Part shown: positions 36,901-46,300 of the stretch, piece by piece | How positions within the stretch are numbered: the first letter of the stretch is position 1 | Layout of the letters: each line of letters begins with the position of its first letter | Origin: Tubulanus polymorphus | Lineage: Eukaryota; Animalia; Nemertea | Direction of reading: 5' to 3' | DNA length: 64,000 nt | Assembly (NCBI RefSeq): GCF_964204645.1 | Contig: NC_134032.1 | Location: 9,350,275 to 9,414,274, forward strand | Translations under genes and position numbers: made by a program | The notes under the pieces: generated by a model | Seen by the model: only the letters and a program-made list of their open reading frames with translations | Database searches by the model: none | Told to the model about the DNA's origin: nothing

Positions 36901-39900
36901 TCAAAGGCTGGTTAATTTCTTATTGAAAACACTGTATCTCTCAAATAATATTTTTCGTATATCAGGTCTGCCCTAGATCGTGTTTATATATAGAGTTCGA
37001 CTACAAGTCGTTTTAATCATTGTCATTGTTTAAGACAGGAACCAATTCTATCGACCGCGTCGGGCGGTAAAAAGAGAAATTATGCGTCTTTTATCGGACG
37101 AATTCAAAGTCGCACAATACGTTAAACTAACATCGGAAATCAACAGTTGACAGCTCAAACGCACAATTCATAGTCTTAAATTCAACCGCCGCCACGTGAG
37201 AGTGAGAGATCGAGAAATCTATAATCGAGTTCTTTCTTTCCGATCGAGGGAAAAAAAATCGGTTTTTTACAGCCGCGAATCAATTCGACGACCAGGAAGA
37301 AGTGCGTAAATGTACGTTTCATTTCGACTGGCATAAAAATTGTTTTTCTTGCGTAATTCCCCCTAAGCCCGAAATGCTGAAGGGTCTATAGTAGTAAGGT
37401 GCAGGTTCAAATAAGCACTTCAATAAATGAAGAAATCCCACACTTCAAATTAAATTATAGGATAGAATTTATTATTTTGAAACCACGAATGACGTTTTGG
37501 CTGTTGACTAACAGCCATCATCAGGTGTTAGTCAACAGCCGAAACGCTGTGGTTTCAAAATAATAAATTCTATACACTGATTATAGTGTTTATTCGACAA
37601 CCAAGCACTTAAATGTAAGCACCAAAAACCCAATGAGCTTCAAATATTAAGCTTAAAAACCCAAACTAGGCACTTTCAAGTGAAATCCTGTAGATTTGAC
37701 AGCGTGATATAGGCCTATGCACAAGTTCAAATTCAAACTTTTTTCAGCATAAACATTTTTAAAACATTTTAGTTTGCAACTGATACATTTTCGGTAAAGT
37801 CAAGTATATACATAATAGGAGATGACCGAGCAATGAAATGATGCGCAGTAACATGGAATACGGAAAGGACAAGAAAACTGTGGTAAGGACGAAATGCTTT
37901 GATGAAATTAGTCACGAGAAGATCGCTGAGAGTTCAAATTTGAATGAGACGCCTACAGTAGTGACGAACCTGACCTCGCTGAAAGACACTATTAAGCACT
38001 TTTGAGAGATTTCCTAAGAAATAAGTACTATTTAGCTTGGGCCCTTATCTATTTTTTTTCCAAAATAAACACAGATTCATAAGGACAGCTACGGACCCTG
38101 GCTTAGAACTAAAAGCAAGGTTTAGAAAACGCATGTAAATAACGATAAAATTCAAAGTAAGTAAATTGAACAACGTAATACCTCAAGTCATTATTTGCGT
38201 AGAAGGCTAAGAAAAATCGAATTCTATAGGCCTATAGACAGGAGATGAAACTAATTGATCTGTTTGAACGTAATCGTAATTAGATTTCATATTTTAGTTA
38301 TTCATATTAAAGAGCTTTCGACACAATTATGATTCTATTAATCAATAAACTAATTATGTAAGGCTAAAATAAATACCTTATTTCTCGCTTCTGCTGAGCT
38401 TAAAAAGTGAACTGGGCCAGCTGCCTATCTACCCATACACCTTACTTTTAAAAAAATCAAGATCAAGCTAACCATAACAGACCTGGCAGCTAGAGAAATT
38501 ATAATAATAATAACAATACTAATGATTATGTAAATAAATAAGGCGCTTTTCTGTGGGAAAAGAAAGCTTAGGGCACTAGCTTCTCACAATACACAATCTA
38601 AAAAAGAAATTAATAGATTACAGATTTTATCGCAGTTTATAGAAAAAAATACCCCGGCTGATTAGGAGAAACAAGGTATCATTTATTTAGTACAGCCTAT
38701 AGGCTATTTCATTTGCAAAGTCTGGCTAAAAATATCGAAAAAAAATGGAGAAATCAAAATCCAGACTAACCGAGATTCCCCTTTGCGTTATATCGGGAAT
38801 ATAAACGAGACACAGTTATCTAACTCTGAGGGGAGACGAGTATTTATCGATAAAATTGTGTATTTCGATACGAGATGTTTAAATTTTCCTAGCAGCGTTC
38901 GGTTTTTTTTTACCCCTCTCCTCCACACTCGTATAGTTCCCGACAACCGGCAACAACAAGTACCACTCTCAATTCTCTACGCTGCGGCGCAATGATTCAT
39001 AACACTGATACACGCTCCGATCCCCTCCTTCCCCACTAACATTCAACCCCATAAACCCTTAAATACATGATGGCCGAATTTCCATAAATCCCTCGATGAT
39101 CTATCGAGTTTAACCCTCGTATAGGGCTAAACAATCACAGAAAATATAGATACCTTCATAAATCCCCATATGACATCATCGAATTACCCCGGCTAAAACA
39201 TTTCCAGAAAATATATTACTAGCGTAATCATATAATTATTACTCCATATTTCCCCCTATGACATCATCAAAATATAATTTTATTATTTACCATACACTTC
39301 CTGAAAAGATGGCCGCCTACATAACTCTCTCTAAGACACCATCCAAGTAACCCTCCAGAAAAGATGGCCGCCTACATAAATCTCCCTATAACATCATCAA
39401 TGTAATCCAGGGCCCAGTTTCACAAAAAGGTTTAACTCTTCAATCGATTTAATTTCTTCAATAATTCAGTTTATCTTAAATAGATTTAGGTCTTAATTCC
39501 TGTGAAACTGGGCCCTGTAGACACTTCCGGAAAAGATGGCCGCCTACATGAATCTCCCTATGCCATCACCAAAGTAACCCTATGGACGATTCCAGAAAAG
39601 ATGGCCGCCTACATAAATCTCCCTATGATATCATAGAACAAAAGCTATATAACCTCACGTTTAAAGATGGCGGCCACTAAAATCTGGAGGCAAAGCCTTG
39701 AAGCAGAAATCGAATGAAAAGATTGAGTCATTTCATTATATTTAAATGTTTCGATGTTATTTTCATGATTTTTCCACCTGTCTGAACTCACAGCACAGTG
39801 AGGCCTACAACCCGTCCATTCATTCTTATACAGTAACCAGGTAGCTCTAGCCTACCGTGCGCAAAAATAAACCTCAACCCGATCATTAGATATGTTTGGT

Positions 39901-42799
39901 CCTGGTTGAGAAAAACTAATATAGATTTAGCCTAGACTCTTTTTGTAGATCCTCGATTGCCACAGTCGAAAGGAAATGAAAACACAATTTACAACATAAT
40001 TAAAAAAAGTGTTTCGATATTACTAGTAGCCTAATAAGTATGCTTTCCTAGCAGACCTATATAATCCACTGATCTATCGGAAAAAAACGTTAATACAACA
40101 GTTTCCCTGGGTATTTAGGAGCAATTAAGGGTAACTATAGTGACTATCAACATATAGACACCTGTTGCCAGTACTGGGACAAACTACAATCATGGACATA
40201 TAAACTAGATAGTTTATACGTCCATGCTACAATTAAAACATCCTTTCAAAATACCCACGCCTTACGCCTAATAATATACTAACACACGCCTAATAATATA
40301 CTCAAACCTGACGATGATCTCTAGGGTGAGATCGAAACATCGTGTCTTATATATATTTTAGATTAAATAAATAAATTCTTGTTTTTAAATTCTTTTAATC
40401 CGTAGGCTAAATTGTGGGTTTTATCTTATTATCCGTTCACCACGTCTGAGTGTGGTTATCGTTCTACCCACGCCTTAATGGCACAGACAAAAAAATAATG
40501 AATGTTTGCTGATTTAGATGTTAATCAATAGTTGGGATCACGATTTGACTCGTTGAGAAAATATTGAAAATCATCTATAAATTCTAACTAGTCAAAATTA
40601 ACAGAGAACCGAGTCTAGTTAAGAGGCGGCATGGCGCCGACACCGGACAGTCCTGGGGCAACTTGATTTTCAATTGATTTAAGATTTTCAACCGCCTCCC
40701 AAAAAAACCTTCGCATCAACTTGTCAGGACTGTAGATCTAAGACCCCGTCTGAAGTTATGAAGCCAATCTAACAAACGAAGACGTCTTTGAAATTTAAGA
40801 CCGCTTTCAGACTTAAATCGTAGCCACGTTATTATAGGCCTTGGCTTTAACTAAAACCAAAATTAAATGAAGTCCAAGTCTCAGAGTTTCTCATTCTGTA
40901 GCCTACAGGAGAATAGCTAATCTCTGATGTGAAGATTAGATAAAGTTTTGAAAACTCTATTAATTTGCTCTCCCCTGTAGCATGTATCGTCATGTCATTC
41001 ACAACCGATGGCCTTTGGAAAGAGTCACGCCACGAGGAATTTGTTTTTAAGTTCTTATGTGATAGATTTCACTTTAGAATTGTACGTATAAGGGGTTATA
41101 AACTTATAAATTTCTCAATGAAAGGATTGAGCGCGTAGTTTTCTTCTACCCTCCGCGACTTGGTGTAATATTGATGTCCCGGGTTACAGCCTCTAATAGC
41201 CTAATTGATCATGTCAGACAGCTGTGCTGAATCAATGCTGTGACAAACTAACTGCAGTATGAACGCATCACACACACACACACGCGCAAGCAAGCAAACA
41301 CACATCCACCCAGGACTGTTCAAATCAGTTCAATATGTAACATTACATGAACAGTGACAGTTGGACTTCAAAACCGACCGTCAAAAATCTCGCTCCAAAC
41401 TGCCCTACTGATGGGATCATCGCAATCATCGCTTAGTTTTACCACAATCTTCTTTCAACATTTACTTGATAAGAAATCACAGGCAAACTGCGATATCTAA
41501 CTTCAACGCGGGGCACTACCAATAAGAGGATCTTATATTTCAAGAAGATGATACTTTCTACAATTGTGTATAAATCGAGCCTTGCTTCACTAGCTTAGGG
41601 CTACGATGCCTACAAGTTAATAGCAAGAGATATCCCACAATGATGAAGCCAAAAAAGAAAAGTTCTATATCAAAATAATAATATTTAAGAGCAACGCTTC
41701 GGCTCAATGCTATTAGCCATCATCAGGCATACTGGATGATGGCTAATAGCATTTAGCCGAAACGTTGCTCTTAAATATAATCATCTTGATAGAACTTTTC
41801 ATTTTTGGCTTCATTATTGCGGGATTTCTCTCGTTATCAATATACATGGATATTGTGTAGCCTATCTTCTTGTCTCATCAAGTTAAAAGCAGTCGCATTA
41901 ATTAGGCTAAATGTGATATTATGTAGGGCCTACAATATGGTGACATTTCGACATAGTTCTGTCTAACACTGAACCTTCTTAGCCCCGGACTCTTTCCCTA
42001 GCGAAGAATGGTAGACAAATAACTCTAAAACATTCAGGGCCCGGTTTCATAGACTGAGTATCAAAGTTATCCCTCGGGATAAATCCTTAATCTCGGTAAC
42101 AACCACCATAGTAACGATAAGAAACTATGGTTATAACCGACGAATTTCGAAATATTACCAGGGACAATTTTTCTTCCACATCTATGAAACCCAGCCTAGG
42201 AGTCTGCAAGGACTCCTCGTAGTGACAAGGGGATGGAAGAAGGACTCAAAAGTCTCTGACCCTCTCCAGAGCGAAGAGGTGAAATGGAAAGAGCCAAAGG
42301 ATCGATGGAGTCAGCAGTACGAAGACATGACAGGCGTGGATGGAAGATTAGAATGTGAATCTTACTGACAATTTAAGACACAGGAGTCAGAGACACATCC
42401 CAGTGACGCGGACAAAATGATTCAATTCATTAGACTCAGCTAGGGGGAGGGGGGTCTGATATCCATCATCAGAGCCTTTTAGGAGTCAAACTGCAGTTTA
42501 GATCACCTTTCCACTATGCGGCGCTTGGTTAAAGGTTAAGGTACATTACCATGACACCTAAACTGCAGTCGCTCCCTAAAGTTTTGGGTTAGGGGTGGGA
42601 AAATTATTCTCAACATTAGCTTAATTCTTTAATTCTTTAGAGCTTTAATTCTCAAAAGAACGACTTTTCGTAACCGTGCGTTCGATCTTCTTACCTTCTC
42701 TTTATCGTAATCTTCAAGAGAAGTTATTTCTGAAACTTCTTCGTCTTCTGCGCTGCAGCCCGACAACCGCGACGGATCGAGAGGGTTGTTGTTATTCAT
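5189..42799 (-). CDS. CAMSAP: CAMSAP/Patronin, microtubule minus-end binding protein (18 coding exons, about 2003 aa)
   Basis: Exons (GT-AG, all phases compatible, total 6012 nt): 42799-42695, 31121-31026, 30631-30526, 29023-28914, 27339-27254, 26841-26603, 24143-24001, 23141-23027, 22481-22355, 19552-19485, 19377-19293, 18795-15075, 14196-14069, 13356-13082, 12224-12126, 6990-6797, 6148-5985, 5339-5189. Recognised CAMSAP motifs: N-terminal DYDKEKAKFRASVLWVLSKAY; CH domain ELPYDAEDALLFWANKV...DVSDGCCLAVLLHFYVP; ISNATKKSF; CC1 LKLEQKRRAIESEKRKME...LGKQAFFQVV; CKK domain GPKLFVKPRSKSNRNVIINAISHVCLAG...HFLILFRDSGCQYRAVY...VSIDAVTI. Confidence 0.95.
6168..6785. repeat. Degenerate ~60-bp tandem repeat; inverted arrays of the same family at about 35400-36000, 39060-39680, 54880-55030, 55340-55450
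   Basis: Recurring ATGATGTCATAGGGGGA...GGCAGCCATCTTTT. Confidence 0.85.
9179..10242 (-). pseudogene. Intronless class A GPCR (FMRFamide/sex-peptide-receptor-like family) with one frameshift, nested in a CAMSAP intron on the same strand
   Basis: ORF 10242-9802 gives TM1-3 (GIIFNAFTL, LAINDLL, TRNWY). ORF 9793-9179 gives TM4-7 (FLICE, DSSVNFIIYCATNSKFR). Shifting frame at about 9823 restores TRNWY..LLSLERLIVVLLP, the DRY-equivalent ERL motif. Confidence 0.8.
14427..14632 (-). mobile_element. tRNA-derived SINE with conserved (Deu/Nin-like) central core
   Basis: Minus strand: A-box-like TGGGCCAGTGG, B-box GGTTCGAACCC, then CTCTCTTCACCCAGGAGTAAATGGGTACC core. The core assignment is from recall, not a search. 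Confidence 0.7.
14751..15036. mobile_element. piggyBac-type MITE, same family as 34115, opposite orientation
   Basis: CCCTTTCAATGC...GCACTGAAAGGG, flanked by ATAA/TTAA; internal sequence is the reverse complement of 34115-34402. Confidence 0.85.
15075..18795 (-). CDS. CAMSAP: CAMSAP giant central exon (3721 nt; coiled coils CC1/CC2, Pro/Tyr/Gln-rich region)
   Basis: Corresponds to the 1261-aa ORF 15054-18839 trimmed to acceptor TTCAG (ends 18796) and donor GAG|GTAAAG (15074). Phases 2 and 0 match the neighbouring exons. Confidence 0.93.
23265..23885. repeat. 33-bp minisatellite (about 18 units) filling a CAMSAP intron
   Basis: Unit TTCTTTTCTAGTGGGTCCACTATGTTTTTCAAA; head-to-tail with no spacers. 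Confidence 0.95.
24878..24949 (+). promoter_or_regulatory. TATA box and non-coding first exon of the nested peptide gene
   Basis: TATAAAA at 24878-24884; strong donor AAG|GTAAGC at 24950; matching acceptor ends at 25543, 17 nt before the ATG. Confidence 0.6.
25106..25351 (-). mobile_element. Inverted-repeat insertion with hammerhead motif (Penelope-like)
   Basis: 12-bp TSD ATTAATACCAGT (25094-25105, 25352-25363); about 177-bp palindrome 25156-25332. Minus arm CTGATGA-T-GGGGTT[TAGAAGT]AACCCC-GAAACT[GTT]AGTA-AATAAA at 25232-25193. Confidence 0.7.
25561..25989 (+). CDS. Secreted prepropeptide (142 aa): signal peptide, acidic propeptide, RERR site, Trp-rich cationic amphipathic peptide, RKR site, second Cys-containing peptide; candidate antimicrobial peptide/cytolysin
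   Basis: MKFALSVLILAFAVAMAA signal; CpG-rich codon style like the other exons here; TATAAAA at 24878; 5'UTR intron 24950-25543 (AAG|GTAAGC ... ttttcag); AATAAA at 26138. Antisense within CAMSAP intron 24144-26602. Confidence 0.85.
   Translation: MKFALSVLILAFAVAMAATMTTNEVDADVELFARDLIAQEATSNEMADRVDELLRERRAWWNWKKFWEIVKKVIIFIVDNFLKKDGRDDPAVASRKRAEIQNLLRSCGKSCTANVYRYALNFLKRNKANNSRNVAKLRELLG
26244..26550. repeat. ~78-bp tandem repeat (about 4 units); same family at 24419-24540 (same orientation) and 45048-45220 (inverted)
   Basis: Unit ACAGTAGTTGATGTCCTACTGCACACTAGCAACACCTGGTGGATCCTCACTTGCCACAAGTAGAATCCTC. Confidence 0.85.
31282..31618. mobile_element. Non-autonomous element with TTTGGCCCGGG subrepeats; related inverted copy at about 3832-4060
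   Basis: Repeated AATTTGGCCCGGGCCAAA palindromic units; terminus GTGTGATCGCAGCTTA mirrors TAGCCGCGATTACAC at 3832. Confidence 0.55.
32047..32449. mobile_element. Foldback element with about 160-bp imperfect inverted arms
   Basis: CATCCTCCCTCGGCAGGGATTCGAACCTGATGGCATCG...CCAATCAGA mirrored by TCTGATTGG...CGATGCCATCAGGTTCGAGTCCCTGCAGAGGGAGGATG. Confidence 0.7.
33023..33485. repeat. ~165-bp tandem repeat, 3 diverged units
   Basis: TAAGCTCA.TT.AGTT...GGCCAA...ACACC...CGACT..TCAGTTT...AACCCTG recurs near 33025, 33192 and 33353. Confidence 0.7.
34115..34402. mobile_element. Non-autonomous piggyBac-type MITE (288 bp)
   Basis: TTAA on both sides (34111-34114, 34403-34406); 12-bp TIR CCCTTTCAGTGC / GCATTGAAAGGG with one mismatch. 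Confidence 0.85.
37462..37573. mobile_element. Inverted-repeat insertion with degenerate hammerhead motifs (Penelope-like)
   Basis: Arms ATAGAATTTATTATTTTGAAACCAC / GTGGTTTCAAAATAATAAATTCTAT. Minus arm CTGATGA-T-GGCTG[TTAGTCAA]CAGCC-AAAAC; plus arm CAGCC-GAAAC. Confidence 0.55.
39408..39517. mobile_element. 110-bp MITE with perfect 17-bp TIR; related copies at about 7790-7895, 11830-11942, 19668-19780, 30125-30253, 42035-42200
   Basis: CAGGGCCCAGTTTCACA ... TGTGAAACTGGGCCCTG. Confidence 0.75.
40265..40464 (+). mobile_element. Short retro-insertion carrying a type I hammerhead ribozyme motif (Penelope-like element remnant)
   Basis: 13-bp TSD TACCCACGCCTTA (40252-40264, 40465-40477). Core CTGACGA-T-GATCTC[TAGGGT]GAGATC-GAAACA[TCG]TGTC at 40308-40346, followed by AATAAA. 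Confidence 0.7.
41620..41878. mobile_element. Inverted-repeat insertion with degenerate hammerhead motifs (Penelope-like)
   Basis: Arms about 41620-41728 and 41733-41837; CTGATGA-T-GGCT...AGCC-GAA(A/G)C; flanking direct repeat CAAGTTAA(T/A)AGCA at 41613 and 41879. Confidence 0.6.
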
Positions 42800-43337
42800 A
42801 TCCTCGCTGCTGCCTGCGTTTTCGAACCCCTCTCGCGTGCAACGCGTGCACGGCCCGATTTATAAATCTAAAACTCCGCAAATATTCATAAATTCGGAAA
42901 GCGAAACGTCGAAAACTGCTGGCAATTTTTTCAGCAGTCCTCGGAAAAAACAAAACTCACAATTTCTTGCCCCGATTCAAGGCCCGATTTCGACCGCTGA
43001 ACGGCACCGTTTCGTCATAGTTATCCACTTAATCCGCGCAGGATAATCCCTATCGATAATCCGTCGAGTTAAATCCGAAATTCGAAGCTGTGACGCGGCG
43101 AAAAAAAGCCGTTTTTTGTCGAAATTTGCCGTGAAAAATTTTCAGAAAATTTCAGAACCAGGAAATGTTGTCAACTCACTGCGCAAGCGCAGATCGTGAA
43201 GCAGACGGCAGCACCATCCGGTGCTGATCGGCGCGGGACAGACATTCGACATCAGATTTTCGTACGTCGGTTTTGCAATTCAAGACATACGCAATCGAGC
43301 AATCAGCGACGCGTACGTGTGTAAACAAGATGGCGGC
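42800..43337. promoter_or_regulatory. Bidirectional CpG-rich promoter between CAMSAP and SDF2
   Basis: Start codons 530 bp apart, divergent. ETS-like CAGGAAAT at 43159, NRF1-like TGCGCAAGCGCA at 43180-43191, YY1 motif AAGATGGCGGC at 43327-43337 overlapping the SDF2 ATG. Confidence 0.7.
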
Positions 43338-46300
43338 GTCCAGTACAGCGGGAAGTTACGTTTTTGGTCTGTTTTTGACCGTGTTCGGCGTCTTATTGGC
43401 GTTATCGCAAGGAAAGGGTAAGTTTCCCTTAACGGGCGAGTTCGGATTTATACCCGAGCGAAATTTCGTGGGAGTTCAAAGGTTGCGTGATGAGAAATTC
43501 GGGTTTGAAGGCGAAGTTTTCGTTGCTTGCCTTTTGTTTTTACTTCCGGGTTCGACCTATCAACAACACCAAAAGATTGAAATTTGATAAGCTCGAATTT
43601 ATGAAATTTGGATATCTCAATTTTTTTTCAACTTTTTGGGGGTCCTTTCATTCTTAACTTACTACCTGTCCTGTGGGGCTGAATCGAAAGCTGTTGGCTG
43701 TGGATGTGAAGGCCACCCCTCCCTCGCCTAGAGGCGGCTATTTATTTACAATTTAGGCTAGTTACCTTATCGTTGTTAGTAAGCTTTTATGATAATCCAA
43801 TGGGGTAAAAAATCTGATTGTGAAACTAAACCCCACACAGATTTTATCTCTCTCCTTGCTTAGTAACTAGCTGGACTATGCTCCGAATAACATGTGGTCC
43901 GAACTGCTAATCTAGCTAACCCCTATCCTATCCGTTAAGCCACCAAAATTAAGGGGCCTAAACAATAGTATAACCTGAACAGGGAATAATCAGTGAAAAG
44001 TCGTGGAATTTTGAGTGTCCATATCTGTACAAACTTTGACAGGGATTGGGTAGTCTCTGACCCTGACAGCTAAGAGCTAGTACCGGCAGTAGCTACGATT
44101 AGAAAGTTATCTAGACGGATAAATAAAACAGTCGTTCGCGTAATTCTTTTTTTTCCAGAATTTGAATATCAATATGTAACGTGTGGTTCGGTGCTGAAAC
44201 TGTTGAATATCAGGAACAACGTACGTTTACATTCACATGATGTTAAGTACGGCTCCGGCAGCGGACAACAGGTTCGTACACTAGAAAACATGGCTGTCTC
44301 CATTAGTCCGCTAGACATAAACAAATGACACCTCTACGTATATTCGCTTCGATCTAGTTTGTCGATGAATGATCGACAACTCCTAAATTGAACATTATTA
44401 AAAGAAATGGTTTTTTTGCGTTACTTAAAAAAAGATATTGTAAGTTTGAAATGAAATGACTATTATTTAGTGGACCCAAACCTCTATGGTTCAGATGGGA
44501 TAACTGTTGAAGATGTGATAAAATCAACAATTGGGACAAAATGTTACCTAATACGCATTAGCTGCAAAAGTGGCCGCACATATTTCTTGGGAGTGATATA
44601 TATCTGAATTTGTCAATGCTGTGGAAATGGCTTTCACAGGTTACTTTGAAGAAAGGTGGCCGAGATGAGTTGATACCTCATATGAACATGTGTCTTTTCG
44701 TATCTGATTTCCTGTGTTTGTTGTATGGTTTTTTCAGTCAGTGACAGGTGTAGGCAGTACTGATGACCACAATAGTTATTGGACTGTGAAAGGAAAGATG
44801 GGAAGTCCATGCGTGCGCGGGTAAGTCCCTACTCTACTTAATTAGCTTTCTTGTTGAACCGTTTTGGGGGCTCTTATCAGAAACAAGTGTGGTTAAGGTT
44901 ACGTGGTACCATGTGAGAGTAGTTGGCTCATTGAGTTAGGCCTATTTGGAGGGCGGGCGAGTGGATTAATGTACCTAATATCATGTAGTTTGGGTATATA
45001 TTTCTGCGGAAAATAGGGGCAACACTACCACTACCAGCAAGTTCGAATCCACCAGGTGTTGTTAGTGTGCAGTGGGACATCAACTACTGTAGTAAAAGAC
45101 GATCCCGCTTGTGGCAAGTGAGGATCAATCAAGTATCGCTGATGTGCGGTAGGACATCAACTCTTGTTGCAATAGAGGATTCCACTTTTGGCAAGTGAGC
45201 ATCCACCAGGTGTCACTAGTAGTTACTCGGTTTTGGGGCACTTCAATTTCACCTTCATTTTGATAAATCAAATCAACTTTTCTGCGAAGTAGAATCAGTT
45301 ATCCAAAATCTGTACCTTTTTCAAGTCTCATTTGATGCTATTATTATTGAAAATGAACTAATTTTGAGTATAATAAAACGTACTGGCTACTCACACCACC
45401 TGGTGGTCACTCCTGATACCCAATCCGAAGCGGATCTAAAAACTCACCTGCGCTTCATTTGGTATCCACGAATGGCGCGATCGGCTCTGACCCATATTGG
45501 CAATACGGGGCTCTCCTTTCGTCTTGTTGAACGTTGCTATGAGACAACCCATAAGTCGTCCGTATTGTTGAATGCATCGCAGATCGCAGCGGTAAATTTC
45601 ATTCGAAATTCCACTCCCCTGATCTCGCTCTCTCCTCGACAGCTCAACTTTCTGCGCGAAAAATATTTCAGACGGACATCATTCTTGCTTGTTTCTGGTT
45701 GAGAAAAATATATATATTCAGAGGACTATTTTTTGTATCACGTGAATATTAAAGATTCATTATAACCATAACTAAGTCGAACTCAGTTATAGGTCTTCAC
45801 ATTACCTAAGTTATCTCAGCATTGGGTTTCAATTTGTGCATTTCTAGTTTCATTTACTTACTAAGTTGTCATTTAGTTAAGTCATCAACTTAACGATAGT
45901 GCCAGCCGTGGCAACTTCAGCCAGTTCAACTCTATTTCAAAGAGGTTGAGTGGCTCTAAGTAAAATCAGTAATTGAATTTGTATCCTAGTGGTATAGTAC
46001 ATATATGATCTTACTTAGAAAGGTGGAACTGGGTCTGGAACTCCGGAGCTTGGTCCTGAACCGTTAATATGTGGGTCTAGAACAGGGGGAACTAGGTCCA
46101 GAACCGTGTGGAGAACTTGACCCTGGAATTTATCTCCAGTTTAAAGACATCCCCTAATGTAGAATTGGGTCGGTTGGTGACAAGGGGGTCAAGGTCGTTT
46201 TATGCTCGATCATTTTATTGGTCAATATACATACCAGAATACTATCCTCTTACCTTTGCAATTTTATCAAAATCCAGAGATCTTCCACATATCCTTCAGC

